Both the position numbers and the translations under genes were made by a program. The notes below the pieces were generated by a model. The model saw nothing but the letters and a program-made list of their open reading frames with translations. It ran no database searches and was not told where the DNA came from. Below are positions 1 through 9,141 of a DNA stretch of 64,000 nt, in pieces; the first letter of the stretch is position 1; the number at the start of each line of letters is the position of its first letter. The stretch comes from a virus. Taxonomy: Duplodnaviria; Heunggongvirae; Uroviricota; Caudoviricetes. The stretch lies in IMG/VR virus record IMGVR_UViG_3300044630_003672; one strand, given 5' to 3'.

Positions 1-338
1 TGAAACAAATGGTAGGTAGTAATGGTGAAGTTGATTCATACTTCCTAAACATATCGGATGGTGAACCTTACTTTCATGGAAAGGGTATGAGTTATAGTGG
101 TAGTAATGCGGCTAAACATACTCGTAAGATGATGAAATCAATTGAAGGTATGGGTATCAAAGTATTGAGTTATTTCGTTAGTGATAGTAGTTACGAAATG
201 GATGAAAATAGTAGTGGTTCAGCTAGAACATTCAAAGAGTGTTATGGACCTGCTGCTAGTTATATTAACGTAACAAATGTTAATGAGGTAGCACGTACAA
301 TGAACCGATTATTTATGAGCAAACCACAAAATTCATAA
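1..338 (+). CDS. C-terminal fragment of a von Willebrand factor A (vWA) domain protein; the gene begins upstream of the window
   Basis: ORF is open from the window edge. vWA-like motifs 'ISDGEP', 'GIKVLSYFVSD' and a C-terminal 'ASYINVTNVNEVARTMNRLF'. Sits directly upstream of an AAA_5 ATPase, matching the CobT/MoxR-partner arrangement. Confidence 0.5.
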   Translation, partial: KQMVGSNGEVDSYFLNISDGEPYFHGKGMSYSGSNAAKHTRKMMKSIEGMGIKVLSYFVSDSSYEMDENSSGSARTFKECYGPAASYINVTNVNEVARTMNRLFMSKPQNS

Positions 339-415
339 CTGATTGATTATCAACGAGTTACGAAAATCACTCCTAACTCGTTGATTTTCAACCACTTATA
401 ACCCCAAAAAATAAA

Positions 416-448
416 TTTGGTAGATTCAAAAAGATTTCGTATCTTTAC
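416..448 (+). promoter_or_regulatory. Bacteroidota-type sigma-A promoter (TTTGG -33, TATCTTTA -7)
   Basis: 'AAATTTGGTAG-N19-TATCTTTAC', about 55 nt upstream of the 505 start. Confidence 0.6.
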
Positions 449-504
449 ATAGTAAGATTGATAAGAAAGAAACATTTATTATTATATATTAAAACCCCTT
501 AATT

Positions 505-1710
505 ATGGCAAAGCCTAATGTAGACAAAATGAGTAAACAAATCTTTAAAGTTGTAAAGATTGGCTCACATTTCAAACTAGCAAATACTGCTGGTAAAATA
601 GTAGGTACACAAGGAATTGGTACTCCTACTCGTAAAAAAGCTTATGAAGCAGGTAAAGCACTTCGTAAGGTAGTTGGTAGTGGTGGTAAGATTCAATACC
701 GCTTAACCGATATGACTGAATTTGATAACTTGGTTGCTCCATTGAAAAGTAACGCCGAAGTTAATGTAGAGAAGTTGGATAATCATAAAGAGATTACCGA
801 TTTTATCCATAACGAATCGGTTAAACTTAAACCTGAAGGATTGGTTATTTCTGACTTAAAGTGGAAATACCTTATTCGTTCAGCTGTTAGAGCTAAGAAT
901 ATTATGATGACAGGACCGGCTGGTTGTGGTAAGACATTAGCGGCTAAAGCACTTACCAAAGGCTTAAAGAGACCTGATTTCTATTTCAACCTTGGTGCAA
1001 CGCAAGATGCGAGAGCAACCCTAATTGGTAACACACACTTTGATAGTAAGAAAGGTACATTCTTCGCTGAATCTGCTTTCGTAAAAGCAATTAGTACTCC
1101 AAACGCTGTTATCCTATTGGATGAGTTGAGTAGAGCACATCCTGACGCTTGGAATATTCTAATGACTGTATTGGATTTGGGACAACGTTACCTTCGTTTA
1201 GATGAGGCTGTTGATTCTCCAATTGTTAAAGTAGCTGATGGTGTTACTTTTATCGCTACCGCTAACATTGGTGGTGAATATACTTCAACTAGAGTATTGG
1301 ATAGAGCGATATTAGACCGTTTCACTACAATTGAAATGGATGTGTTGAATGATGAGCAAGAGTTGAATCTCTTAAAGTATATGTATCCGCAAGTTAATGA
1401 AGAAGATTTGAAAGCAGTTGCTGAAATTGCTACTCACACTCGTGATATTGCAAAGACAGGTGATGGTAAACTTTCAACCGGTGTTTCAACTCGTGCTAGT
1501 GTAGAAACTGCTGGGTTGTTATACGATGGTTTCAGTTTGTTTGAAGCAGCTGAAATTAGTATGTTCCCATTCTTCTCTAACGATGGTGGTGTAGATAGTG
1601 AAAGAACGTATGTGAAGCAGTTGGTTCAAAAGTATATTAAGGATGATAAAGCTGATGAGGCATTATTCACCGAACCAACCGAAGATGATAGTGAGAAGAT
1701 TGTTTGGTAA
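505..1710 (+). CDS. AAA+ ATPase, AAA_5 / CobS-MoxR-like
   Basis: Walker A 'GPAGCGKT'. 'ILLDELSRAHPDAWNILMTVLD' is the Walker B/sensor region typical of the MoxR/CobS dynein-related AAA family. Confidence 0.85.
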   Translation: MAKPNVDKMSKQIFKVVKIGSHFKLANTAGKIVGTQGIGTPTRKKAYEAGKALRKVVGSGGKIQYRLTDMTEFDNLVAPLKSNAEVNVEKLDNHKEITDFIHNESVKLKPEGLVISDLKWKYLIRSAVRAKNIMMTGPAGCGKTLAAKALTKGLKRPDFYFNLGATQDARATLIGNTHFDSKKGTFFAESAFVKAISTPNAVILLDELSRAHPDAWNILMTVLDLGQRYLRLDEAVDSPIVKVADGVTFIATANIGGEYTSTRVLDRAILDRFTTIEMDVLNDEQELNLLKYMYPQVNEEDLKAVAEIATHTRDIAKTGDGKLSTGVSTRASVETAGLLYDGFSLFEAAEISMFPFFSNDGGVDSERTYVKQLVQKYIKDDKADEALFTEPTEDDSEKIVW

Positions 1711-1735
1711 TTTAAGGGGTTAAATCCAGACATAA

Positions 1736-1767
1736 GGTGGGTGGCTTCGGCCATCCACCATTTTTTG
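1736..1767 (+). terminator. Rho-independent terminator
   Basis: GGTGGGTGGC-TTCG-GCCATCCACC stem with a UUCG tetraloop followed by TTTTTT. Confidence 0.7.
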
Positions 1768-1884
1768 TAAATCCCAAACCCAAAAAAATGGAAAAGATTA
1801 TATTAGCAGATATGGAAAGTAATGGAATTTATTTTTCAGATGAAATTAAAAAAGAATTAGAAAAAGAAAGAGAGGAAATGTATT

Positions 1885-2550
1885 GTGAATACAGTGGATT
1901 ACTTTCGGTTAAAGCATACGAATATGTTAAAGAAGGCAAATGAAAATGAGGTAGTTGATTCCTTTGAGAAAAAGAAAAGGATTAGAGATGCCGCTAAATA
2001 CTATGGCTTATTTTTAGAATCATTGGGATTTGATTATGAGGCTGACCCACAAACAATAGAAACTCCTTTGAGGGTAGCTAAAGCTTGGGTAGATGATTTA
2101 GTAAAAGGTAGTATGACTGAAGCACCGAATATAACTACATTCCCAAATGAAGAAGGGTATGATGGTATTGTTATTCAGACGGGTATCAAAGTGAACTCAA
2201 TGTGCGCACACCACAACTTACCGTTCTATGGTTATGCAGCTGTGGCTTATCTTCCTGAAAAGAATGTGATTGGATTGAGTAAGTTGAATAGGGTTGTTGA
2301 TTGGTTTAGTAGAAGGCCACAAATGCAAGAATCACTAACTGCACAAATACATAAGTTCTTAACTGATAAGTTAGAGTGTGAAAGTGTAGCTGTATCAATT
2401 AGTGGACATCACCTTTGTTGTGGTATGAGAGGTATTCAACATCCTGATTCTTTAATGACTACAAACAAATTTAGTGGAAGATTTTTGGATAGTGATAACT
2501 TGATTAGAGAAGAATTTATGAACGCAATTAAAATGAATAATTTAAAGTAA
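1885..2550 (+). CDS. folE: GTP cyclohydrolase I (FolE)
   Basis: Collinear with FolE over the full length. Catalytic motifs 'SMCAHHNLPF', 'VIGLSKLNRVVDWFSRRPQMQE' and 'SGHHLCCGMRG'. The start could also be Met14 (1924). Confidence 0.9.
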   Translation: MNTVDYFRLKHTNMLKKANENEVVDSFEKKKRIRDAAKYYGLFLESLGFDYEADPQTIETPLRVAKAWVDDLVKGSMTEAPNITTFPNEEGYDGIVIQTGIKVNSMCAHHNLPFYGYAAVAYLPEKNVIGLSKLNRVVDWFSRRPQMQESLTAQIHKFLTDKLECESVAVSISGHHLCCGMRGIQHPDSLMTTNKFSGRFLDSDNLIREEFMNAIKMNNLK

Positions 2551-2554
2551 TAAT

Positions 2555-2797
2555 ATGAAAGTAAATTTAAGCTTACTTAGCAAGATGAGGTCATTCATCG
2601 GATTTGAAATTGGACATAGTGGTTATTTAAAGAAAAACGATGAGGGATATCCTGTATTAGTAAGAACCATTGAATTCAGTTTGGGATTTCTATTCGGATG
2701 GGTATCATTTGAATTTAATAGTGGAAGACAAATTAATTTAGATGAAATAAATCAACAATTAAGAGAAGAAGTATTAAAAGGTAAAAAAATCGGATAA
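2555..2797 (+). CDS. hypothetical protein
   Basis: 80-aa ORF packed immediately after folE. Confidence 0.4.
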   Translation: MKVNLSLLSKMRSFIGFEIGHSGYLKKNDEGYPVLVRTIEFSLGFLFGWVSFEFNSGRQINLDEINQQLREEVLKGKKIG

Positions 2798-2944
2798 TAT
2801 GAATAAGGATACAACAAAAGATTGGATGGATAAGTTAGTGAAAAATTATCGCATACCAGAAGAACAACCCAAAGAAAAGAAAGAACCTGTAAAGTTACTC
2901 AAAGAGTCCCAACTTCGTATCATTATGGAGAGGGATAAAAAAGA

Positions 2945-2978
2945 TTTGGTTAATAAGAAATAATTTCGTATATTTGTA
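2945..2978 (+). promoter_or_regulatory. Bacteroidota-type promoter
   Basis: 'GATTTGGTTAA-N19-TATATTTGTAT'. Confidence 0.6.
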
Positions 2979-2991
2979 TAAATTAATTAAG

Positions 2992-3255
2992 ATGAAAACA
3001 TTTAAAGATTTGGAATTCAACCCGCACCCTAATCACTTGGGTGGTGTTCAAGCTCGTATCTATTTTGATAATGGGTATGGTGCTAGTGTAGTTAAAACTC
3101 CACATACCTACGGTGGTGATATGGGATTGTATGAATTAGCGGTGTTTGGTAAGGATGGGCACATAGCATATGATACACCAGTTACTAATGATGTGGAAGG
3201 TTATTTGAGTGAAGATGATGTAACAAAAATATTGGAACAAATTCAAGAACTATAA
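2992..3255 (+). CDS. hypothetical protein
   Basis: The ORF track starts at a TTG (2974) that lies inside the -7 box. The first ATG (2992, 'MKTFKDLEF') just after the promoter is the more likely start. Confidence 0.5.
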   Translation: MKTFKDLEFNPHPNHLGGVQARIYFDNGYGASVVKTPHTYGGDMGLYELAVFGKDGHIAYDTPVTNDVEGYLSEDDVTKILEQIQEL

Positions 3256-3256
3256 A

Positions 3257-3673
3257 ATGAAGTTATACAACAATAGTGATATGAGATTTGCAGGAACTAA
3301 AAGACAACAATATACATCGGAGAGAGTTCGTAAAATGAGAATGGAACGAGCACTTGTTAAGGCTAAAAAAGATGGTGTGAGTGATTCACAAGTACAAACC
3401 TATTTGGGTAAGTTACAAGCTGCCGGACATATGAAAGTGAGTGGTTTTAAGAAAATGAGTATTGATAGTAAACCGATGGGTATAGGTGTTCAACCTGATA
3501 CGGCATATCTTAAAACTATGAATGTAGAATTTGAGATGTATAATCAGCAGGGTATGAACGATAGACCACATTTTGCAGGGTATCTTCGTTCAGCATCGGA
3601 ATCAGATAAACAATATCAATTAAAAGGATGGTTCAATGAAGATGGTACAATCAGAATTGAACTTGTAAACTAA
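3257..3673 (+). CDS. hypothetical protein
   Basis: 138-aa ORF, tightly packed with its neighbours. Confidence 0.5.
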   Translation: MKLYNNSDMRFAGTKRQQYTSERVRKMRMERALVKAKKDGVSDSQVQTYLGKLQAAGHMKVSGFKKMSIDSKPMGIGVQPDTAYLKTMNVEFEMYNQQGMNDRPHFAGYLRSASESDKQYQLKGWFNEDGTIRIELVN

Positions 3674-3677
3674 TATT

Positions 3678-3872
3678 ATGGCACAATGTAAATGTTGCAA
3701 AAGAGAAAAAGATTTAAGAATGGGTTATTGCTTTGATTGTGTTGAAGCCGAATCTATTATTGAAACAGGATTGGATATGTATGATTCCGAAATTGAAAAG
3801 GTGGATGGACTTACAAACGGAATGAGTAAGTTACAACATATTCTTAAAAATTATATTATTATTAATAAATAA
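3678..3872 (+). CDS. small Cys-rich (zinc-ribbon-like) protein
   Basis: 'CKCCKREKD...CFDC' cysteine pairs. Confidence 0.4.
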   Translation: MAQCKCCKREKDLRMGYCFDCVEAESIIETGLDMYDSEIEKVDGLTNGMSKLQHILKNYIIINK

Positions 3873-3875
3873 ATT

Positions 3876-4367
3876 ATGGGATATAATCCTTATAGATGGT
3901 GGACTAAGGGTAGACCTAACAAACCACTAAAAGCAGAAGCACCATTGTTATTAAAAATACGAAATGGTGATTTTGATTATTCGTATATGTTCGGTGAAGC
4001 TAAAGAGATGAGAGATACTTCTCAAAAAGCATACGAACAGGCTTATAAAAATTATGGTGGTACTGACGAGAAGAATAGAGAACAGGCTGCATTAGAAGCA
4101 AGTAGAATGAAACGTATCAAATCTATTAAGTTAGAGTTGGAAGCTGCCAGAGATGAGGAAATGATATTGTGGAAATTGAGAATGGAATTAAAAAAGGAAT
4201 TCGGAAAGGATTTATGGGATAAGGCAATGGAGAGAAGTAGGGGGAAGGGAACGTTGGAAGATTTATATGAATGGTATCGTAAGAATAGCAGAGTAAAGAA
4301 CCCACAATCAATACAGGATATTCAGTTGAGAAAACCGAATACCAAAGGATTGGAATATTTATTCTAA
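3876..4367 (+). CDS. hypothetical protein (charged, coiled-coil-like)
   Basis: 163-aa ORF. Confidence 0.5.
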   Translation: MGYNPYRWWTKGRPNKPLKAEAPLLLKIRNGDFDYSYMFGEAKEMRDTSQKAYEQAYKNYGGTDEKNREQAALEASRMKRIKSIKLELEAARDEEMILWKLRMELKKEFGKDLWDKAMERSRGKGTLEDLYEWYRKNSRVKNPQSIQDIQLRKPNTKGLEYLF

Positions 4368-4380
4368 ATGAAACGTTAAT

Positions 4381-4581
4381 ATGAAAAATTTGATAAAACT
4401 AGATTCAATTAATGTATGGGTTGGACCGTTGGGTATTATGAATTGTGATGATAACGGCTTACCAATATTAGAAGAATCAAAAAGTTGGGATAATATAGAG
4501 CCGGAATGGTTTCAACAATTATCTAACGAAGATAAAGAAAAAATAAACACAATTATTAATAACAAAAACAACAAAGATTAG
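4381..4581 (+). CDS. hypothetical protein
   Basis: 66-aa ORF. Confidence 0.4.
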   Translation: MKNLIKLDSINVWVGPLGIMNCDDNGLPILEESKSWDNIEPEWFQQLSNEDKEKINTIINNKNNKD

Positions 4582-4583
4582 TT

Positions 4584-4862
4584 ATGGAAATCACAAAGAG
4601 CAGATTCGGACAAGAAAGAAGTATTGAAAGAATTAATCTAAACAAAGTGAGAGTTTTAGGTGAATCACAATTTGTTCGTAAATCAACAAATAAGAATGGT
4701 GATGTAACCCTATTTGATTTTGAAGGTGGACCTGCTTACACGTTAGGCGGTAAGTTATCATTTGAAAAAATGTTATGGAAAATCAATGGAATTGAACCAA
4801 TGGAAAGTGGTTATAAAGACTTGTATGAAGTGAACCTTCATATAGAACCAATTTGGAGATAA
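4584..4862 (+). CDS. hypothetical protein
   Basis: 92-aa ORF. Confidence 0.45.
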   Translation: MEITKSRFGQERSIERINLNKVRVLGESQFVRKSTNKNGDVTLFDFEGGPAYTLGGKLSFEKMLWKINGIEPMESGYKDLYEVNLHIEPIWR

Positions 4863-4863
4863 T

Positions 4864-5055
4864 ATGGAATTAGACCCGATACAACAAGCGGAGTTGGACA
4901 GATTAAACAAAGCATTGGCTAATCAATCCATTCAGCCCGAAGATAAGAAGAAACTTACCCAAAAGAAATTCAATCCTAAAACGGGTGAATTGCAACTATT
5001 TGTTGATAATGGTAAGGGTGGTGTAAAGATGGCATCGGTGAATATCTTCGAATAA
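4864..5055 (+). CDS. hypothetical protein
   Basis: 63-aa ORF whose start overlaps the previous stop (ATAATG). Confidence 0.4.
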   Translation: MELDPIQQAELDRLNKALANQSIQPEDKKKLTQKKFNPKTGELQLFVDNGKGGVKMASVNIFE

Positions 5056-5229
5056 CGAAATCCGAAGGATGAGTCGTAAGGGGAAAAATTTTTGATAGTT
5101 CATACTTATTGGTATGAAACTATTATTACTAAAGATTGAAGCAGCCTTAATTACGTTTGGAATAGCGATGTATGAGTATTTCAAAGGTGGTAACAGGCCT
5201 TGGTATTAAGAAACTAAAAATACAATAAT

Positions 5230-5640
5230 ATGGCATACGGAGAAAAGGTAATAGACCATTACCAAAACCCGCGCAATGTTGGTACGTTGGATAAAAGTAA
5301 ATCAACAGTGGGGACTGGGTTAGTTGGAGCACCTGAATGTGGTGATGTAATGAGACTCCAAATAGAGATTGAAGATGGAATCATAACCGATGCGAAATTT
5401 AAAACGTTTGGATGTGGTTCGGCAATTGCTGCATCTTCCCTAGCAACTGAATGGTTAAAGGGTAAGAGTGTGGATGAGGCGGCAAAGTTAGATAATATGG
5501 ATTTGGTTGAGGAATTATCTCTACCACCTGTTAAGATACATTGTTCGGTTCTTGCTCAAGATGCGGTTCAAGCTGCTATTAACGATTATAGAACAAAGAA
5601 TGGTTTAGAGCCATTACAATTTGAAGAAAAACTACACTAA
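5230..5640 (+). CDS. iscU: Fe-S cluster assembly scaffold protein IscU/NifU-like
   Basis: Near-identical to bacterial IscU along its whole length: 'MAYGEKVIDHYQNPRNVG', 'GAPECGDVMRLQI', 'FKTFGCGSAIAASS' and 'LPPVKIHCSVLA', with the three conserved Cys and the His. Confidence 0.9.
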   Translation: MAYGEKVIDHYQNPRNVGTLDKSKSTVGTGLVGAPECGDVMRLQIEIEDGIITDAKFKTFGCGSAIAASSLATEWLKGKSVDEAAKLDNMDLVEELSLPPVKIHCSVLAQDAVQAAINDYRTKNGLEPLQFEEKLH

Positions 5641-5828
5641 TGAGAAGATTGTTTAGAAGCCGTTATGAGAAGAAAATAGCAGGTATATGTGGTGGGTTAG
5701 CACTTTATACAAATAGTGACCCATCGGTTTGGAGAATCGTTTTTCTAACCCTAATATTTGCACCCGTACCCGTTATTATGTTTTACTTTATAGCTTGGGC
5801 GATAATACCTAAACATCACGCATTATAA
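5640..5828 (+). CDS. PspC-domain membrane protein
   Basis: 'RSRYEKKIAGICGGLALYTNSDPSVWRIVF' followed by a TM helix, the canonical PspC domain signature. ATGA overlap with iscU. Confidence 0.7.
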   Translation: MRRLFRSRYEKKIAGICGGLALYTNSDPSVWRIVFLTLIFAPVPVIMFYFIAWAIIPKHHAL

Positions 5829-5838
5829 AATAAGAGAT

Positions 5839-6138
5839 ATGAAAGAGTTTATTCAAAAATACCAAAAAGCAATTGTAGGAACTGGCGCCGTAGCTGTGTT
5901 AGTACTATGTTACTTCCAACAAAAAGAACTGGCTAAATTAAGAAGTGAGCATGTAGAGGTATCAACCGTACCATATGTGATTGATTCTATACAACACGTA
6001 GTAGATAGTTTGGAAGATGAATTATTTATTAAACACATTACAAACGGAAGATACGAACTAACATTTGAGCACCTAAAAGAAGTGAATCCGAAATTGGGTC
6101 AAGAGATGGAAGATTGGATGTCTCACAATACTGAATAA
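5839..6138 (+). CDS. hypothetical protein (N-terminal TM)
   Basis: 99-aa ORF. Confidence 0.45.
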   Translation: MKEFIQKYQKAIVGTGAVAVLVLCYFQQKELAKLRSEHVEVSTVPYVIDSIQHVVDSLEDELFIKHITNGRYELTFEHLKEVNPKLGQEMEDWMSHNTE

Positions 6139-6140
6139 TT

Positions 6141-6473
6141 ATGGTAACACTACAACCTAAAGCATTAGAGCATGTAATTGAATTAATGGTGGAAGGTGGT
6201 TTAACACCTGATACGCATAACTTACGAGTTGGTGTGAAGGGTGGTGGGTGTAGTGGATTATCTTACACAATGGATTTTGATGATAAGATAGAACCAACCG
6301 ATGAAGTAGTTCAGGTGGATGGTGGATTGAAAGTAGTAATTGATAGAAAGAGTTTACTATATCTTTATGGTACTCAATTAACATATTCAGATGGATTAAA
6401 TGGTAAAGGATTCCAATGGGAAAATCCAAACGCTAGTAGAACCTGTGGATGTGGTGAATCATTCTCCCTATGA
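6141..6473 (+). CDS. A-type Fe-S cluster carrier (IscA/SufA/ErpA, HesB family)
   Basis: '[15 protein letters not shown]' and a C-terminal '[11 protein letters not shown]', which are the three conserved Cys of HesB/IscA. Confidence 0.85.
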   Translation: MVTLQPKALEHVIELMVEGGLTPDTHNLRVGVKGGGCSGLSYTMDFDDKIEPTDEVVQVDGGLKVVIDRKSLLYLYGTQLTYSDGLNGKGFQWENPNASRTCGCGESFSL

Positions 6474-6652
6474 TAAAAAATATACTGATTAAATTATTGA
6501 CCTATCTAATTATGTTACCGATAATTGCTATTGGTATAATTGTAGCTATTGTTTGGAATACATACTTAATTTTTAATTACATATTTTTTAGATTAAAAAG
6601 AAAATGGGCAGCGGGTATAAAAGAGGTCAAAAAAACGAGTCCTAAACAATAA
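6470..6652 (+). CDS. small membrane protein
   Basis: 60-aa hydrophobic ORF. Confidence 0.4.
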   Translation: MIKNILIKLLTYLIMLPIIAIGIIVAIVWNTYLIFNYIFFRLKRKWAAGIKEVKKTSPKQ

Positions 6653-6663
6653 TCATACTTATA

Positions 6664-6786
6664 TGGGTAAAAAACCTAATAAGATGAGATTAACTAAAAA
6701 ACAAAAGAAGGCACGTATCCATAATAAGATAGCTAAAAAGAGTAGGGCAGTCCTTTACAAGAAGGGGTTATTTGGGAGAAAAACCT
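6664..6786 (+). CDS. small highly basic protein (41 aa)
   Basis: 'MGKKPNKMRLTKKQKKARIHNKIAKKSRAVLYKKGLFGRKT'. Below the ORF-track cutoff; K/R-rich, possibly nucleic-acid-binding. Confidence 0.3.
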
Positions 6787-6868
6787 AAAAACCTATAAGA
6801 TATTTAACTACTTGCATGCCATCCAAGAAACCACCACGAAATCGTTCTGGTGGGATTAAAAAACACCC

Positions 6869-6920
6869 ATAACCCATTGAAAATCAACTGATTATAAGTC
6901 ATTGAAAATCAATGGGTTAT
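6869..6920 (+). repeat. Stem-loop (ATAACCCATTG...CAATGGGTTAT) carrying two CATTGAAAATCAA motifs; member of the intergenic palindromic repeat family
   Basis: 11-bp perfect inverted repeat flanking an internal TTGAnnnTCAA palindrome. Confidence 0.6.
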
Positions 6921-6923
6921 TTA

Positions 6924-6957
6924 TTTGGTAGAATCGGTAAAATTTCGTATATTTGTA
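6924..6957 (+). promoter_or_regulatory. Bacteroidota-type promoter
   Basis: 'TTATTTGGTAG-N19-TATATTTGTAT'. Confidence 0.65.
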
Positions 6958-6972
6958 TATAAATAAAAAGTT

Positions 6973-7512
6973 ATGAGACGTAAGATTATTTTCATTGATG
7001 TAGATGGACCGTTGGCGTGGGGAACGTGGGGTGATGGCAGAGTTACCCTAAATGAAGCAACTAAAACTTTTACGATACCATACCCTTGGGTTGAAGAAGA
7101 TTGTCAAGCACTTGAAAAAATTTGTAATGAAACCAATGCAAGTTTGGTAGTGAGTTCAGATTGGAAAAAACATTTTAGTTTTATTCAGTTAAAGCGTATA
7201 TTTCAATACTATGGAATTACGGCACCAATTGTAGATATCACAACCCATATGAGTACCAGACAAATGGGAATTTGGAATAAGATGAGTAATTCAACTTTGG
7301 AATTTGATAGAGCACATCAAATTGTAAAATGGGCAAAGGATAATAAGATTAGTAATTGGATTGCAATTGATGATATGAAATTAAGTGCAGAGTTCAAATG
7401 GATGAAACCTCGTATTCCAATGTGGAGGCATGTGCAGGTTGATGGTGATTTTGGGATTGGTGGACGATTAAGAGATAAAATTGATGAATGTATTAATAAA
7501 TTAAACCGATAA
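6973..7512 (+). CDS. HAD-superfamily-like hydrolase (putative)
   Basis: 'IIFIDVDGPL' resembles HAD motif I (DxDG). Confidence 0.45.
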   Translation: MRRKIIFIDVDGPLAWGTWGDGRVTLNEATKTFTIPYPWVEEDCQALEKICNETNASLVVSSDWKKHFSFIQLKRIFQYYGITAPIVDITTHMSTRQMGIWNKMSNSTLEFDRAHQIVKWAKDNKISNWIAIDDMKLSAEFKWMKPRIPMWRHVQVDGDFGIGGRLRDKIDECINKLNR

Positions 7513-7514
7513 AA

Positions 7515-8795
7515 ATGAGTAAAAGACAGCAAGTTTTAGAAAACGAAAGAAAACTTATTGAGAAATTGCAGAGTGATATGTTGGATGAATTGAATCTTGA
7601 ATTAGATGGAGATGTTCCAGAAGAACTTCTTGATGCAATTAGAAATGCTCACGATGAAGCGGTTGGTAGTGGCGGTAGTGCTACTAATGAAGTAACAACC
7701 GGTCAACCATATCGTTTGAGTGATTCGGATGATTTTCCATTCGGTACTTATGTTCAAAATCAAACAGGTAGAATTGTAACAAAACATTTCCGAATTAGTG
7801 ATGAATACCAAATCAAACAGGCTCCGTTTCTTGCTATGGTTAAGGATATGGGTTTTAATAAAATTTATGTCAGAGAGTACTATGGGCACAATAATTATGG
7901 AGCAACAGAAGTGTGGGAAAAAAGAACAGGTGGTTCAGTTACATTGATTAATATATCCAATGTAATTCGTAAGTGGACGGCCAAAGTTAAGAAATCATTC
8001 AAAGATAGTATTGGTGTAGATGTACAAGTGTTTTCAAATGATGAATCTCAATTATATACCGAATTGGTTGAGAAGATTATCGGTTTAGGTAAGAAACGAA
8101 AGCACGAAAGTAATAATATCGCATTGGTTATCCAAACTCCAAGAGGATATGATACAACATCGTTTGAATTACCTGACCAGAAGTTAGATATTGAGTTGGG
8201 ATATGGTAAGGCATTTAAACCAATCCACGAAAAGATTATCAATACACTTAATAAAAAGAATGGTAAAGGATTAGTTCTATTGCATGGAACACCGGGTACT
8301 GGTAAGACTCACTACTTAAAGTATATCGCAAGTAAGATTAAGGATAAGAGAGTTCTATTCATCCCACCATACTTGGCAGATTTCATCACATCACCGGAGA
8401 TGACACCTTTCCTAATTCAAAATAGTAATTCAATTCTATTCATTGAAGATGCGGAAAGAGTAATTACGGATAGAAACAATGGTGGAGCTAATGGGGTATC
8501 AAACATCCTTAACATTACCGATGGTATATTAAGTGATATTCTAAAAATTCAAATTGTGGCAACATTCAATATGGATAAAGCTAAGATTGATTCGGCACTA
8601 TTAAGAAAGGGAAGATTGATTGCAGAACATAAATTCGATGCCTTACCAATTGATGATGCTAATAATCTAATTAAACATTTAGGTAAAGAGCATGTTGCAA
8701 CCAAACCAATGACATTAACTGAAATATATAATTTAGATGAGGCAGAATACAAATCGGAAGACAAGTATTCACCAATAGGATTTAATAGATATTAA
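7515..8795 (+). CDS. classical AAA ATPase (C-terminal AAA domain)
   Basis: Walker A 'LLHGTPGTGKTHYL', Walker B 'ILFIEDAE', second region of homology 'ALLRKGRL'. Confidence 0.8.
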   Translation: MSKRQQVLENERKLIEKLQSDMLDELNLELDGDVPEELLDAIRNAHDEAVGSGGSATNEVTTGQPYRLSDSDDFPFGTYVQNQTGRIVTKHFRISDEYQIKQAPFLAMVKDMGFNKIYVREYYGHNNYGATEVWEKRTGGSVTLINISNVIRKWTAKVKKSFKDSIGVDVQVFSNDESQLYTELVEKIIGLGKKRKHESNNIALVIQTPRGYDTTSFELPDQKLDIELGYGKAFKPIHEKIINTLNKKNGKGLVLLHGTPGTGKTHYLKYIASKIKDKRVLFIPPYLADFITSPEMTPFLIQNSNSILFIEDAERVITDRNNGGANGVSNILNITDGILSDILKIQIVATFNMDKAKIDSALLRKGRLIAEHKFDALPIDDANNLIKHLGKEHVATKPMTLTEIYNLDEAEYKSEDKYSPIGFNRY

Positions 8796-8796
8796 T

Positions 8797-9141
8797 ATGA
8801 ATTGGATTAAGACATATAAAATACATTTACTACTTGTGATAGCTACATTGGCTTTCTTTTCAACAATGGTTTATTATTTTAATTTAGTAGATGAAAACTA
8901 CGAGTTAAAAGAACGAATAATTACGTTGGAAGAAAAAGTTAATTTATTAGATAGTTATCCATACGAACATTCAAAAATAGAAAACAATGACAGAGTTACT
9001 GATTTTCCTAAACATAATGATTTTGGAAATTGTACTCAGCATAGACAATGCTGCTGTACTGGCTGCGATGGTAAAGGAACTGCCAAAAGACCAACAAAAG
9101 AAAGCACTAACATACGGTATAGCAGGAGCTTACCTTTTTAG
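8797..9141 (+). CDS. hypothetical membrane/coiled-coil protein; 3' end uncertain because it overlaps TerC
   Basis: N-terminal TM followed by a coiled coil. The last roughly 50 codons overlap the TerC frame and may not be translated. Confidence 0.35.
   Translation: MNWIKTYKIHLLLVIATLAFFSTMVYYFNLVDENYELKERIITLEEKVNLLDSYPYEHSKIENNDRVTDFPKHNDFGNCTQHRQCCCTGCDGKGTAKRPTKESTNIRYSRSLPF

Noticed and set aside
1737-1943. 68-aa ORF upstream of and overlapping folE
   Set aside because: Its first 12 codons are the stem-loop of a strong rho-independent terminator (1736-1767), and it overlaps the folE start. At most, a shorter ORF starting at 1788 could be real.
2974-2991. TTG start given by the ORF track for the 2974 gene
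   Set aside because: The TTG lies inside the promoter -7 box (TATATTTGTATA). The ATG at 2992 after the promoter is the plausible start.
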